From Chiloscyllium plagiosum (lineage: Eukaryota): a DNA stretch of 64,000 nt. The position numbers and the translations under genes were made by a program. Location: NCBI RefSeq assembly GCF_004010195.1, contig NC_057719.1, positions 60,592,002 to 60,656,001 of the forward strand, read 5' to 3'. Below, piece after piece: positions 11,548-25,500 of this stretch. The notes below the pieces were generated by a model that saw nothing but the letters and a program-made list of their open reading frames with translations, had not been told where the DNA came from and made no database searches. Numbering within the stretch: position 1 is the stretch's first letter; every line of letters begins with the position of its first letter.

Positions 11548-13740
11548 GTGAGCCATTCAACTCTTTGAGCCTGTTCCGCCATTCATTATGGTATGGTTCA
11601 TCATAAAACTCAATAGCTTGTTGCTGTTTTTAATCATATCCTTTGAGTCTTCTCACTTCAAGAGCCATATCTAACTCCTTCTTGCAATCATACAATGTTT
11701 TGGCTTCAATTGTTTTCTGTTATAATGAATTCCACTCAGGGTGAGGAAATTTTCCTCATCTCAGTCCTAAGTGGCTTACTCCCTATCCTTAGACTCAGAC
11801 CCGTAGTTCTAGACTTTCCTGCCATTGGGAATATCCTTCCAGCATCTACTCTGTGTAGTCTGGTTAGAAATATATAGATTTCTATGGCAGCCCCATCATT
11901 TTTCTGAACTCTGGAGAAAATGATCCTAATCAATTCAATATCCCCTCATACATCAGTCCCACCATCCTAAGAATTGGTTTGAGGCACTTTTTCTGCATTC
12001 CTTCTACAACAAGAGTTTCCTTCCTCAGATAAGGAAACCAAAACATTAGATTTCAGGTGTGGTATCACCTAGGCCCTACATAATTGCAGCAAGACATCAC
12101 TGCTCCTGTACTTGAATCCTCTTGTTTTGAAGACTAACATATCATTGATATAATTAATAATTGGAAATCTATGAAGGTCTGTTTGAACTTAGTAATGACT
12201 ATGTTTCTACAGCCTACTGGCATAAAGAATTCCAAAGATTCACCACTGTTGAATGGATTTCTTCCTAATCTCAGTCTTTAAATGGCTTGTCCTTTATTAC
12301 AAGACTGTGCCCCCGGTGTCCAGACTCCACAAAAATCTGTTCTGTCTCTACTCTGTCAATTCTTTAAGAATTTTCTAAGTTTTTGTGAAGTTGCTGTCAT
12401 TCTTGTGAACTCTAGAGAGTGCACAGCAATCTCAATCTCTCCTCCTAGAATAGTTGCATCATCTCAAGAAGCAGTCTGGTGAACCTCTTGCCAGAATGAG
12501 CATATCCTTCTTTGGGCAAGGGGACTAGAACTGCATACATTATTCTAGGTGTGGTCTCACCAGAGATCTCCATTTAATTGAAGACAGACATTATTGCTCT
12601 TGGACTCAAACCCTCTGTCGATAAAGACTAACATACTGTTTACTTTCTGGATGCTTGCTGCACCTGCAATTTAGCTTCCAGTGTCTTATGATGTTCCTTT
12701 GGACATCAACACTTTCCATTCTCTTCCTATTTAAAACTATTCTGCATTTTCATTCCTCCCACCAAAGCAGATTACCTCATACTTCATATTCCATGTGCCA
12801 TGTTCCTGTTCACTTAATTAGCCTGCCTAAATCTTCTTGGAGCATCTTAAATTCCTCTTTACAATTCAAATTCCCACAATCTTGAAAATATTACAATTAG
12901 CTCTCACTTCAAAATCATTGATATAGATTGTAAACAACTGGGGCCCAAGTACTAATCCTTGGTGTGCCCCAATTGTCATAGTGTAGCAACCTGAGAACGA
13001 CCATTTGTTTTTATTCTCTGCTTTATATTTGTTAACCAATCATCAAGTCATGTTATTATGTTACCTGAAATCTTATATGCTTGTTTTTAGTTTACTAACC
13101 TCTAATGTGACTCTTCATTTAAAGCTTTTAAAATGTCTGCTGAAAATCCAAACATATAATGTCTGGTGGTTCTCCCTTATTGACTCTGCTGGACACACTC
13201 TGAAAAAAACTGTACTAAATTTCTCAAATGTGATTTCCCTTTCATAAATCAGTCAATTTTTTTCCCTTGCCCAAAGGGACAACTTTTTAAAAAAAATCAA
13301 GTAATCACAACTTTTTAATAGATTCCACTATTTTCCCTACTATTTCCATCATCTCACGGGTTTGTCGTTCTCCATTATCTCTCTCCTTCTCTTTCCTAAA
13401 CAGTGCAGTTCCATTTACAACCTTCCAATCTGCAAGCTACTATAACAGAATTATTAGCTTTTTGAAAGATGAAAACCAAGGCATTCACTATCTCTGTAAC
13501 CACTCCTTTCAACACTTGGGTGAGGTGATCAGGTCCTAGGGAGATTTGTCATCTTTCAGTCCCATTAACTTTTCTAATACTACTACTTTTACTAATAAAA
13601 AAAAAATCATTGTCAGTTGACCTGGATCTTGATTTTCAGAAAGAACTCCTGTGTCTTTCTCCATGAAGAGAGAAGAAAATATTCATTTAGCTTATTTACT
13701 ATTTCTCACATTCCTAAATCCGCCTGCAATAATCCAACAT
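11548..13740 (-). mobile_element. Old CR1 LINE fragments (at least two copies)
   Basis: ORF 11736..11933(-) reads RVDAGRIFPMAGKSRTTGLSLRIGSKPLRTEMRK; other degenerate CR1 motifs are present, e.g. gatcaggtcctagggagatttgtc (KSPGPD). Confidence 0.75.
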
Positions 13741-13759
13741 CTGTTGGTCTCTGCCTTTA

Positions 13760-14310
13760 ATGGTCCTACCCCACCAATGAACTGTCTTAGGGCAATTTAG
13801 AGGAGATCTGACCAGGGTCAAAGCAAGTAAAGTCTCTCTCCTAGAAAGAAGTATTTTTAAAACGGGTTACAAAAAATAGTTATCTCAATTTAAAAAAAGG
13901 TTTAGTTTTTCCAGCATTCAGTCCAGCTTAGAAATCTGGGGTTATAAAAAGCTGATGAAGTTTAAGCTTACTGTTTACAGTATTCATGTAAGCAGACTTC
14001 GTAGTTTCACACAAACTATGTGGAATTAGTTACGCATAATATAAAGATCTGATATAAATGTGCAATTTCACTAGATTTCAATCTGAAAATTGATGGTATT
14101 GGGAAATGGGCTGAAACTTTGTTTTGCTGGGTGTTATGATTTTTAAAAAATTTGTTCTATATTTAGACATTATGCAAATAAACTCTGTAATCTTATTTCA
14201 GTGACTGACCACTACATTAACTAAAATAAAAAGAGACACATGGGCTATCAAGCCAGATTTCAACCTGGTATCTGACTTGTACAGCAGTACTATCAGCTGG
14301 TGTTATAACA
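13760..14310. mobile_element. LTR-like fragment
   Basis: Ends ...ctggtgttataaca like the other LTR termini in this window and has an aataaa upstream; the left boundary is not resolved. Confidence 0.35.
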
Positions 14311-17300
14311 CTCAGAAGTAACAACTCACCTCTTCATCCCAGAGAATCTCTTTCAAACAGACATAGACTGGATAGCAGTTTTCATTCAGCTTACGACTTT
14401 GTTGTGACATCACTTTTTTTTACTTCTGGAACTGTAACAGCAGCTGTGGCTATTTGCCCTCTCTATCTCAGGAGATAATTTGTATGTTTGTATGTATGTA
14501 AGCCTTCTACATTGAGTACTGGCTCAACTGAGTACTACTACATTGAGTACTACTCAAGTCTTATAAGACAAAATCCATGTTCTGAACAATTTGGTTAATT
14601 AAAATACAGCCAATTTTATCAGAGCTCCTTCATATTTTGACAAGTACTGTTTTCTATCCTACTTTATTTCTACATTTATCTTATTCAACTACCTTACTGA
14701 ATGTGGCATCAAATAGACCGCTATTCACATTGCCTCTGGGCAAATGTGATGTTTTGACAGATAACTGTACTTCAACTTCACACAAGCTTTTTGAGTAGGT
14801 TTTATGACAGCACTCTATGGCAACAGAGCCAATGTACTTCATGAAATGCCCTATTCACTGTGGTAATTCCATCTTCCAGGCAAATATTAGCTCATTTTTT
14901 TCCCCAGGTAGAACAATGTCAGAAGAAATGTTCAGAGGATTATCTGATCATCTATCTTCTTTTTAAAATGCCATTTCTTTGACTATGATAGTTATGCTTA
15001 TTCCACACCAAGATGTCCCATGAATTTTACAAATATAAATGTTATAACATCATTTTTATTGAATCTCAGTTTTAGAATATCATAAATCCCATCAAATTGC
15101 AGAACATTATTGATTCTTTGAGAATTGCATTTCTCTTACATGAATCAAAAATGTTGCAGATATCGTTTTCCTCAATGGGGAATAAAGGTATATGATTCAC
15201 ACGGAGCTAGGAATTATCATTATTTCACTGAAGGAAAAAAAATTGCCTTGCTTTTCTCAGTTTTGTGGCCCTGTTGTCAGGTCTAAATAGGGGTACCTAA
15301 TCCATACTGACGAACAAACTACATAACATTGCAGTCTTTCCAGTGGTCTTCTCTGCCTATCATCCTATGAAAATAGTGGACATGTTCTTGATGCTACCAG
15401 CCCAAACCAGATGGTTGGGAGCTCTGGAGCTCCAGCAGCCTAATCGGAAGAGATAGTTGCAGGTCAAAAGGTGTCAAAGCCCTTCAATGTGGGAGTGTTC
15501 TTCCAAATTACAAAGTTCTGAGGAGTGAAGCCTTTAATCTTGTCTTGCAGAGAGGAAACATCTCCAATTATTGTTAGGTCCAAAAGTATGGCCTTTCTGC
15601 CAGTGGCCCTGCCTTAGGGCATGGAATTTCCATGAAGATTCCTCTGCTTGCTACAAGAAGGCTTGTCTTCAGTATCATGTCAACCTCCACAAGCAGTGAG
15701 CGGTTGCTCTGTCAATGACAAAATATCAATATTTTGTCAAATAGAATTGAATGATTCACAATCTAAGTCCCCATCTGTCAATGGCAATTTTCCCTAGAAG
15801 CAGGAATGTGTCAGGCAGGCATTCTGACATGGCATCTTATTTTTCTAGCCCTTGCCTTCAAGCCCACAAAACAATTTGTGGGAAAATTCAGCTTAATTCC
15901 ATTTAAAAATAGATACTTTCAGCTTCTGAGATGAAAATTTTCTTGGAATTTTTAATTTTAACATATTTTGTGTTTTTGGATCCTAGCTTCAACATTACAA
16001 TAGTGATGACACATTATAAAGTATTTCATTGGCCATAAAGTCATTTACAACATCATGAGATCTTGAAAGGCACTATAAAATTCAAGTCCTTTTTTTTAAG
16101 CCAATTCTCACTAGCATCCTTCGGAGGCCTACATTAACTGGACAGTTTCCAGTCAATTCCCATGGCACAGCCAATAAGCCATGCCTACATTTGTTTTAAA
16201 GTTTCTTTCCTTACCACAAAAGTGTCTCAGTATTATAAAATGTTCAGTGTAGCCAACTTGTCTGCTGGAAGGTAATCTATCTTGGCATTGAAAAAGCTTG
16301 GCTTACAGCTCTGCATAGAATTAGTTGATAACTCTCTGGCTGAACAGAGGATTATGTGTGGACAGGGAATATTCATAAAATGGCTCCATTAGTGATGCAT
16401 CAGTTGAGACACATTACAAAAAAAAGTTAAACAATCTCCTTACCCTTAGTTGATTATGTTGATAAACAGAATCAAATTTGCAACTCTTGTTACAGATAAG
16501 AAGTACTTTTAATTAATTTTATTACTGTCCTCTTTTGTCCATAAACAATTTCAGTTATTTTTTATTTTTCTTTTTCCTTTCAATATTGACAATGGTGTAT
16601 CCCCCAAAAACCTTCAGATTTTCTCATGAAACTTTTAGATCACCCACAACAAATTCTCTTTAAGGTACCAATAAAAATATGGTTTATTCATGCATTCAAA
16701 TTCAAGGCATGGTTGTCGTAAACCAAACACACCCAACCATGTAATAAAGAAAGAAGAAAAGATGGAAAGGATAGAGGTTACAATTTGTGCAGTTAGTCCA
16801 TTTTACAGGTAAATGTAGGATTTCTTATAGAAACTATGTATCTGAAAGGTTCATTCTAAAGAGCCTGGAATCTGGTATTCTGTGGAGAGACTGTTGTTGG
16901 CAGTGATGCTAACAGCAGTCTAGATCTTCCAAGACTGAAGCAAGCCAGACCAGGATTTTACACTTAAACTTCTAGAGATCAGGATTTTTGATCAGGGATC
17001 TTGAATAAATCAGCTTAACTAATGAGATAATTTGGGCTTGGAACACAGAAACTATTTATTGGCTGAGCCATTATCACCTTTTCACTTAAATTTCAGTGTC
17101 TTTTACAAACTAGAGAAATAGCTGGGGGGAGATAGGGCAGCAATTTACTAGTTGGGGGTGTCAAGTAGTGGTGGTTGGCCTCATGATACACCCCCATGCC
17201 CTACCACTGCCGAGAATAAAAGTTGGTGGAAAAGAAATGAAGCACCAAAGTCATAAAGCGATGAATGAGTGCAGAATGGGACTACTGCCCCTTGATAACA

Positions 17301-17995
17301 AAGTTCCAATCTGATTGGTTGGTAGCATCAAAAGCTACAGATGTGCGGAGTTAATGTTGCTAAGACTACTGGTTGGTTTGTACAGAATACCTAATGGAAT
17401 CTCAGGTGTACCTCAGGGACTCTAGGTAGGAAGGATTCGTATATTTAAGGAAGGGATTCAAAGTGGTTAGGAGTAGATTTTGAAATATAGGTAGCTTGGA
17501 AGCAAGAGGGGCCACCATCAGTTCAGGGGTGCCCTGATGACTAAAGGATACTTTCTGAAATGAAAGACTGCCCACTCTTGCCTGTTTGCTGATGTCAACC
17601 ATCATTGGCAGTCCCTTGCCAACAAGGATGACTCTCTTCCATTCTCAGTGTGAATCTGTAGGTGGCTTTACAGACTGATATGGCTATCACAGGTTCTATT
17701 ACATTTGGGGCAGGTGGTGGTCATGGGAAGGAGTGAATGGGCCATTGGTGTGGCAGCACGCTCCTTTCACTTGGCTTCCATTTATTTCACAACAGCACGT
17801 CTCGAGGCGCTTGAAGCCTTCCTAAATTCTCTTCCTCCACTTTGGACAGTCTTGGGCTAGTGACTTTCAGGTGTCTTGGGAATGACGCACTTCACCAGTG
17901 AAGCCTTATGGGCATCACTGAAGTGCTTTCTCTGTCTACCCGGGGTTTGCCTGCAGCTTCGAAGCTAGGAACAGAGCACCTACTTGGGAGGTCTC

Positions 17996-18312
17996 TTAGA
18001 TTAGATTACTTACAGTATGGAAACAGGCCCTTCGGCCCAACAAGTCCACACCGACCCTCCAAAGAGCAACCCACCCAGACCCATTCCCCCACGTTTACCC
18101 CTTCACCTAACACTACGGGCAATTTAGCATGGCCAATTCACCTCACCTGCACATTTTTGGACAGTGGGAGGAAACCGGAGCACCCGGAGGAAACCCACGC
18201 AGACACGGGGAGAATGTGCAAACTCCACACAGACGGTTGCCTGAGGCGGGAATTGAACCCGTGTCTCTGGCGCTGTGTGGCAGCAGTGCGAACCACTGTG
18301 CCACCATGCCGC
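17996..18312 (-). mobile_element. HE1-type V-SINE, full length
   Basis: Minus strand has a tRNA-like head (ggcatggtggcacagtggttcgcac...gggttcaattccc), a V-domain (tgtgtggagtttgcacattctccc) and an aatct tandem tail. Confidence 0.92.
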
Positions 18313-18314
18313 TT

Positions 18315-18570
18315 TAACAAGTCCACATCGACCCTCTGAACAGCAAGCAACCCATCCAGACCCATTCCCCTACATCTACCTTCACCTAACACTGCGGGCA
18401 ATTTAGCACACCTCACCTGCACATCTTTGGACTGTGGGAGGAAACCTGAGCACCCGGAGGAAACCCACACAGAGATTGGGAGAATGTGCAAACTCCACAC
18501 AGACGGTTGCCTGAGGTGGGAATTGAACCCATGTCTCTGGTGCTAACCACTGTGCCACTATGCCGCCCAT
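18315..18570 (-). mobile_element. Second HE1-type SINE in tandem, lacking its 3' tail
   Basis: Near copy of 18038-18312, directly abutting the first copy. Confidence 0.88.
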
Positions 18571-19939
18571 GATCTTATTGATCATGTGAGCGACATGCCC
18601 AACCCAGGGTAGCCGATGATGGGTAGTCAGTGCCTCAATGCTGGGGATAATGGCCTGGTCAAGAACGCTGGTGTTGGTGCACCTTTCATTCCAGCGAATT
18701 CACAGGATCTTGTGCAGGCAGCATTTGTGGTACTGCTCCAGTGCCGTGAGGCGTCTGCTGTTGACAGTTCACATCTCAGAGTCATACATGAGGACTGGAG
18801 CCACCACAGCTCTGTATACCATGACCTTGGTGTCGAATCTGATATTGTTGTCCTCAAACACTCTTTTGCTCGCTTGGCTGAAGGCTGTGCTAGCACACTG
18901 GAGGCGACACTAGATTTCTTCATCAAAACCTGCTTTGGCCGACAGGACACTTCTGAGGTATTGGAAGTATTCTCCAAGGCCTTCCCATGGATCTTGATGA
19001 TTATGGGTTTGCTCCACAACACCAGGCAGGCTGGTGGAGGATCTTCACCTTGCTTAGGGTGTTTAGGATGAGATGTATGCTGCCATATGCCTTCGTAAAG
19101 GTGCTGACGATGGAATGGAGTTCATCCTTTGAGATTGCACATACACAAGCATCATCTTGTACTGCACAAGAAGGCCATGCACAGGGCAGGTTATTTTCTC
19201 TGCATTTCTCTTGCAGCTGGCATGCGGTGAAAACCATTTCTGTTGTGTCCCTTAGTGGCCAAACACCACACTGCAACTCTGGGAGGACTTGCTCAGCCAC
19301 AGGGAGGAGACAGTTGAGGAGATTTCCCTGTAATTGCCACATTGGAAATGTTCGCTTTTTGAAAATATTCACAATTGTGGCATTTCGGAGCTCTCTTGGG
19401 ATGGTCTCCTCCTTCTAGATAAGGCAGGCAAGGATGTGTAGCCACAACAGCAGTTCTATGCCTCCAGACTTCAATGCCTCAGTGAGGATACTGTTGGCTC
19501 CAGCAGCCTTGTTGTTCTTAAGTTAGTGAACAGCCTTCTCTACTTCATGCAAAACTGGGATATCGCTGAGCTCATGGCGTGTCGTATGCTTTGGGATACA
19601 TTCACATTTGCTTGGATCAATGACAGAGCCCTGACAGAGGAGTCTCTGAAGTGCTCCCCCAATCGTTTTTGATCGCTTCTTCTTTCTTTGATAAGAATCT
19701 CTTTGTCTTTGGCCAGCAGTATGGTGGATGTTTGGTCAGTATGTGGTCTCTACAACACAGAAGAAACCATGCATATCATGGTTGTTGGCCATTCACTGGA
19801 CCTCCAGTGCTTTCTCCACCCATTACCTGTTCTCTGTCATATTATGGCATTGGCAGCATAACATTTGGGTTTGCTGAGATTTTAGCAAGCCCATTGAGCC
19901 ACCTTGAGGGATAATGCCACACTATTAAGCCATTTTCTG

Positions 19940-20960
19940 TTTGTATATTGCACGAAGCTCTGAATAGGCCTGAGGCCACTGATTTTGATCCCAAAAAGTG
20001 TCCAACCTATCTTAGATTTCCCTGGAATTCTCAGGTACCTCAAAAATCTGAGCACCATGAGCACTATTTCACCTTGCTACTATGCATTAATGTCTTGTTC
20101 ACCACTAAAATGATGCTGCTTTCAAGACAAAAACATCATACAAATTTGTAACATGGTTAAATGAATTTCAGTGCCGGTGTGATGCTAGATGCATAGGCAA
20201 TACATCTCAAAGACTGGCTGGTCATATCAAACAGCATGTCCCTTCAGCTGTTCACAATGGGTAATATACTGACTGCGCACAACCTTCATAAGCTTGCAAA
20301 TCTCAAAACACAATGTTAAATATTGGGTGTGATTCTGCAAATGGATTGGGTTAGTTAAATAATACCGATTGTTCTCTGAATTATACTCACGACCAATTCA
20401 GGATCTGTAACAGAAACAGAAATTGCTGGCAAAACTCAGCATCTGGAACATCTGTGGGGTGATAGCAAAGCTAATGTGTTGAGTCCAGTGAAATTAGAAC
20501 TGATGAAGACTCACCAGTCTCGAAAGAGTACCTCTGCCTTCTTCCCACAAATACTGAGTTTCGCTAGCAATTTTTGTTTTTGTTTCAGATCTCCAGCATC
20601 CACTTTTGTTTGTTTTGTATAACCAATTTAGGATGTCAGGCAAGTTTGCAATATGGCACATTTGCTTATACTACATATGATAATCCATTTGGCTCTGTAC
20701 TTTGGAACTGACAGAAACAACATGCACACATATTATGCCATTCTCTGGTTTATTTTTCAGGGTAATGCCTTGACCAGAGTCCTCCATTCTGCTTTGCGTT
20801 TATACAAAGATTAGCAATTAACTGTCAGTCATCACCTCAGTACTGAATTTTCCATGTCAAAATCTTGTCCAATCAGATTCCACTTCTCAATAAATCAGTA
20901 CTCTTCTTTCACAGTCTAAAATTTTGTTCCCCTTTACAAATATCCTGATAAATGAAAGAC
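19940..20960 (+). mobile_element. PLE 3' region with GIY-YIG fragment
   Basis: atgaatttcagtgccggtgtgatgctagatgcataggcaatacatctcaaagactggct...atcaaacagcatgtccc translates as EFQCRCDARCIGNTSQRLA..IKQHVP. Confidence 0.7.
20405..20621. mobile_element. Old palindromic PLE-terminal-repeat insertion with 13-bp TSD
   Basis: Inverted arms aacagaaattgctggcaaaactcagca / tactgagtttcgctagcaatttttgtt; core CTGATGAagactcaccagtctcGAAA; flanks accaattcaggat (20392-20404) and accaatttaggat (20622-20634). Confidence 0.75.
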
Positions 20961-21233
20961 AAAAAGCATTGACAATACATGTCGTCTTACTGCAATATTA
21001 ACGTTTTATACTATGAAATCAGGATCTGTACAATAAATGTTGTTCAGTGCCTCTTGCCAGATAATTCCTATCTCAATCAATCAATGAAACACCATGGAAC
21101 CAATTATAACTGCAGTGAGGGGTACAGAGGATGATTTGCTGCTGGGTAAGTCACAACTTACACATTACTAGTATGCTGTACCCCTGGTGTCCTCATGCAT
21201 TGTCTTCCCTGAAACCTGGCCTTAGTTTTCAAT

Positions 21234-21300
21234 TGTGTGTGTGTATGTGTGTGAGAAAGAGAGAGAGAGAGAAAGGGGGGGAGGGAGGAAGGGGCAAGGG
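21234..21300 (+). repeat. (TG)n(GA)n microsatellite and purine tract
   Basis: tgtgtgtgtgtatgtgtgtgagaaagagagagagagagaaag. Confidence 0.9.
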
Positions 21301-22059
21301 GTAAGTTATATAAGGATTGGAAAGGGTCAATTATAACGAATAATTTGAATATGAGCTGGGTATCTCTGGCTGAGGGAGCCATACACAGTAAGGAAAGGCA
21401 AGGCTATATGAGCCAGAGGTGCTGTTAGCATTCAGGTAGGCTCAGAGTGATTGAATGCTAATGAAAACAAGTGATCAGATAGAAAATGGAGCTTGGTCCA
21501 GTTCATAATTTGGGTGAATGTCACTGCTGCAAGCATGAAATAGTTGCCAGTGAAACACTGAAGTGCAAAGGTGCAAGTACATTGGAGATGTCTCAAGAGG
21601 ATTCTTAAGGGCTGGCATATGTCAATGTCATGGATGTGGATGCGTGTGATCAGTATGCATTGAGAGTACCCTGAGCATTCTGTATCTGGAGTCTTACATG
21701 GAGATCCTTCAGAACAAGTGACAAGGTGAACTTGCCCAGTATCTGTTCTGATTTTCACATGGGGCTTTCTCAATATCTCACCTATTGTTGCGTTTGGTGA
21801 GATAGAAAGCTGAATATTAATGAAGCAGGTTGAGCCGTCAACATGCCATTTAACAAACAATTATCTCCCTAAGTTTGCAACTTATCACTGTCGAATGAGA
21901 AATTCACTACGCTGGTCATGAAAACCATAAAAGATGCAATGAGATGCTCCCAACATTAGGGTTGGCCTCGCTGGACTGATCATCTGATTCTGCCACAAAT
22001 CTCACCACCTTATACACCATCCAATGATTTTATCTAGATTCCACCATAATGTATAAACC

Positions 22060-23980
22060 TCAGTTAGTAAGGGTATGGAATGCTTTGCCTACAACGGTAG
22101 TAGATTCGCCAACTTTAAGTACATTTAAGTCGTCATTGGACAAGCATATGGACGTACATGGAATAGTGTAGGTTAGATGGGCTTCAGATTGGTATGACAG
22201 GTTGGCGCAACATTGAGGGCTGAAGGGCCTGTACTGTGCTGTTATGTTCTACGTGTGTTCTATGTCTCTCCTCTGCCTCCTCTAAATGAAAACCTATGTA
22301 ATATTTCCTGTATTCCTTGACTGTGTTTTCACTTTTCTTGTTAGCCTTCCCCAAATGCATTATCACTCTCATTTCTCCAGATTGAACTCATTCTTCCACT
22401 ATTTCATCCTATTAACTGGTATATTGATATCTTCTTGCAGTTTACAGCTTTCTTCTTCATTATTAACTAGAATGGCCAAATCTCTTACCATCTGCAAATT
22501 TATCATACTTTTCCATTCAAGTCCAAACTAGTGATGTTTAAAACAAAAAGCAAGGGACATGTTATGGTACTGAGCCCTGAAGAACCCCATTTGAAACAGT
22601 TTATCAGTTACAAAGAAAAAAATCAAATATTATAAACTTCTTCCTGTCTCTGAGTCAAGTTTGGATCCAACTTGCTACTTCACAATACATAATTATAGAA
22701 TTGTGACAGTACAAAATGAATCCATTTAGCCCGTAGAATTATCATGGATTCCATCAGTATTTACTTTGGTACCAGTCTTCAATTATCAAAACCATATCAA
22801 AGATCAATGTAGACAACATCAAATACACTACTCTGATTAACCATATTTATTACATCCTCCAAAAATTTCATCATGTTTGTCAACATAATCTTCCCTTAAT
22901 GAATTTATGTCTTTGATGAATCTGTGTCTTTCCAATTAAAAAATTGTCCTTTCCCTTTGATTGTTTTCTTGTAATTTTCCTACACCAAGTTACGCTGTTG
23001 GCCTACAATTTATCCCTTTCTCCCATTTTAAACATTGGTGTAACTTTAGCTGTCTTTCAGAACAGGAAAATTAACATGATGTCAGCTTCCTTTTGCTTCT
23101 AAATTAGAAATCTATTATACAAATGGAAGTTAACCTTTATTGCAAACCTCTATTTCAGGCTTGTGTTTCATTGGAATATTACAAATAGAAACAGGAGGAA
23201 GCCATTTAGCCTCTTGAGCCTGATCCACTTGGCAATAAGGTCATGGCGGATCTGATTAGACCTTTAACTCCACTTTCTTACCTTGGACTCCATTGTCGAT
23301 CAAAAATCTGTACAGGTCAGCTTTGAATATACTCAATGATCCAACTTCTACTGCCTTCAAGGCAGTAAATTCCAAAGATTAATGATCCTCTAAGACAGAA
23401 ATTCCTCCTCTCATCTTTAAATCAGAGAACCTTGAATTTAAAACAGTGCTGTCTCGATCTGGATTCCCCAGTGAGGGGAAACATTCTTTTAGTACCAATC
23501 ATTCCAAGTCCATGAAACTTGTGTGTTCCAATAAGATCACCTCCCATTCTTCTAAGCTCCAATCAATGTAAACCTATTTGTTTCCCCATTAGATAACTCA
23601 TTCAACATAGGAATCAATCCAGTCGATCTTTTTTGAAATGGCTTCATTACAAGAATATCTCTTCTTCAGTCTAGAACCCAAAGCTATAGAATTTGTTTGA
23701 AATGTGGTTGCATGAATGTTCTGGAAAGTTTTATACTCTTTGCAATAAAGGTTAACTTCCATCTGTCTTCCTGATTGCTTGCTGTACTGCATGCTAACCC
23801 TTTTTGATTCATGTATGTAGACACCTAGATCCTTCCAAAACACAAAATCCTGCAGTCAGTCTTCCTTCATATAAGTAATACTGTGTTTTTTTTACCAAAA
23901 CGGAGAATGATTCATTTTACCATAATTTCCCAGTCACATAATCTACTCATATTCCATTGAAGAATCTTTAGGTTTTATCA
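22060..23980. mobile_element. CR1 fragments (younger plus 3' end 22060-22265; old minus copies ~22270-23060 and ~23185-23980)
   Basis: gtaagggtatggaatgctttgcc...tatgttcta tail; ORF 23598..23843(-) reads KDLGVYIHESKRVSMQ. Confidence 0.75.
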
Positions 23981-24345
23981 AGACACCACAGACGGTTAAA
24001 ATAGTGGACAGAATGCTGAGGCAGAAGTCCTGCACACATTTCCAATATTTCTAACTTTTGCCAGTTGGGAGATAAAGATGGGGTGTGAGTCCCACAGATG
24101 TGAAATCCAAACTGAGCATTCCTTTCAGCTTAATGATGAGTTAGGCAGATTCCAGTTCATCTGTTGCAGCTTTATCTGCAATGTGGGAGTCACAAATTGA
24201 TAGAATACTTTTGAAGGGAAGATAAAGTCTGGATAGTAGTTATGATCTGAAACCCTTAAAATCCCCAGCTCTCCAATTTAAAAGAAAACACTGCAATTGC
24301 AATTAAGATTTATGATTTTCCTTTGCTGGACTGCATTGATTGACA

Positions 24346-24473
24346 TGCATTCTACTGCGGTTAAAGAAATAAACTGGCATCTGGTCATGCAGTTTCAATT
24401 GAATTGTTTGCATTCTACTGCAGTTATAGAAATGAACTGGCATCTGGTCATGCAGTTGCAATGGAATTGTTTG
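24346..24473 (+). repeat. Tandem duplication, two 63-bp units
   Basis: tgcattctactgc.gtta.agaaat.aactggcatctggtcatgcagtt.caat.gaattgtttg repeated with period 63. Confidence 0.9.
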
Positions 24474-25500
24474 TTTTATTCAACCAGTCTGGACACGCCT
24501 CTGTGGCCATCACATTCTGAGGTGGAACTTGAACCTGGACCTTCTGGTCCGAAGGAAGGGACACCACTGCTGCAACAAAAGACCACTGGAAGTGCAGACA
24601 GCAGGATTTGAAGCTGTGTGGGGAAACTGCAATAAATTTCAACCACTTGGTCATTATTACTAACCTTTTCAATAGAACTTTTTTTGGCATTTTCCTAAGA
24701 ACTATTATTGTGATTAGTAATGCTTGGTTAAGCTCTAATTATTGCAACCTGGGTTCTGAGTTCAGTTTAATTGACAAGTTAAAGAGCGTATTAAATGATA
24801 GCTGTCTTTGCCATCTGAACAGGAGTTTAATATTTTTAAGTGATTAATTATGCAAGGAGATTTCAAAGCTTTGAATATATTCTGTTTAAAGGAGATAATT
24901 CGCTATCAAGTATAAGTCGTATTTATAGAGGTCCACCACACAGAAAAAGTCTTTTGATCTATCAGATTTGTTTTGGTCAAAAACAGGCACCAAACTATTC
25001 TAATCCCATTTTATCACACATGGTCCATAGCCTTGTATGCCTTGGCATATGTATTTAAAAATGCATATCTAAATACTTTTTAAAATGTTCTGAGAGTTTC
25101 TGCCTTGAACAATGTTCCAAATACTACAATTCTCTGTGAAAAAACTGTTTCTCACATCCCCTCTCAATGTCCTGCCCCTTTACCTTAAATGTATGTTCCC
25201 TGGCCATTAGCTCTGGCCGAACCAACACTTCACACAGTTCCAGCGTCACGTCCCTGTTCTTAAACTGTACGCCTCAACTGATAGCAGCAAGTATGCCATA
25301 TGCCATCTTAATCACTTTAACTACCTGTCTCGCCAATAGCACTAGACAAACTAACGAGGCTAAAGACAGATAAATCCCCTCGTCCTGATGGCTTGCATCC
25401 GAGAATCCTACAAGAGGTAGCTACAGAGAACGGTCGATGCATTTGTTGTGCTTTTCCAAAACTGTTGGACTCTGGAGAAAAACCAAAGGATTGGAAAACT

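Larger units (their letters stand above)
17590..19740 (-). mobile_element. RTE-clade LINE (BovB-like), internally deleted and interrupted by SINEs
   Basis: ORF 19001..19372(-) reads LPELQCGVWPLRDTTEMVFTACQLQEKCRENN (PESQCGFR...RQLQEKCREQ motif); downstream RTE C-terminal sequence is present. Confidence 0.85.

Noticed and set aside
14329..14432. Minus-strand exon ending in AG|gtgagt (MSQQSRKLNENCYPVYVCLKEILWDEE)
   Set aside because: There is an in-frame stop just after the nearest acceptor, the peptide is unrecognised, and nothing else supports it.
18250..18312. tRNA gene-like sequence
   Set aside because: It is the tRNA-derived SINE head and continues directly into the V-domain.
17908..18585. 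ORFs of 120-143 aa (also 52931-53388 and 33042-33553)
   Set aside because: They are translations of HE1-type SINEs, not genes.
24346..24473. CRISPR-like array (also short repeats at 10196-10230 and 14505-14560)
   Set aside because: There are no unique spacers, only two or three adjacent units, and the host is eukaryotic.
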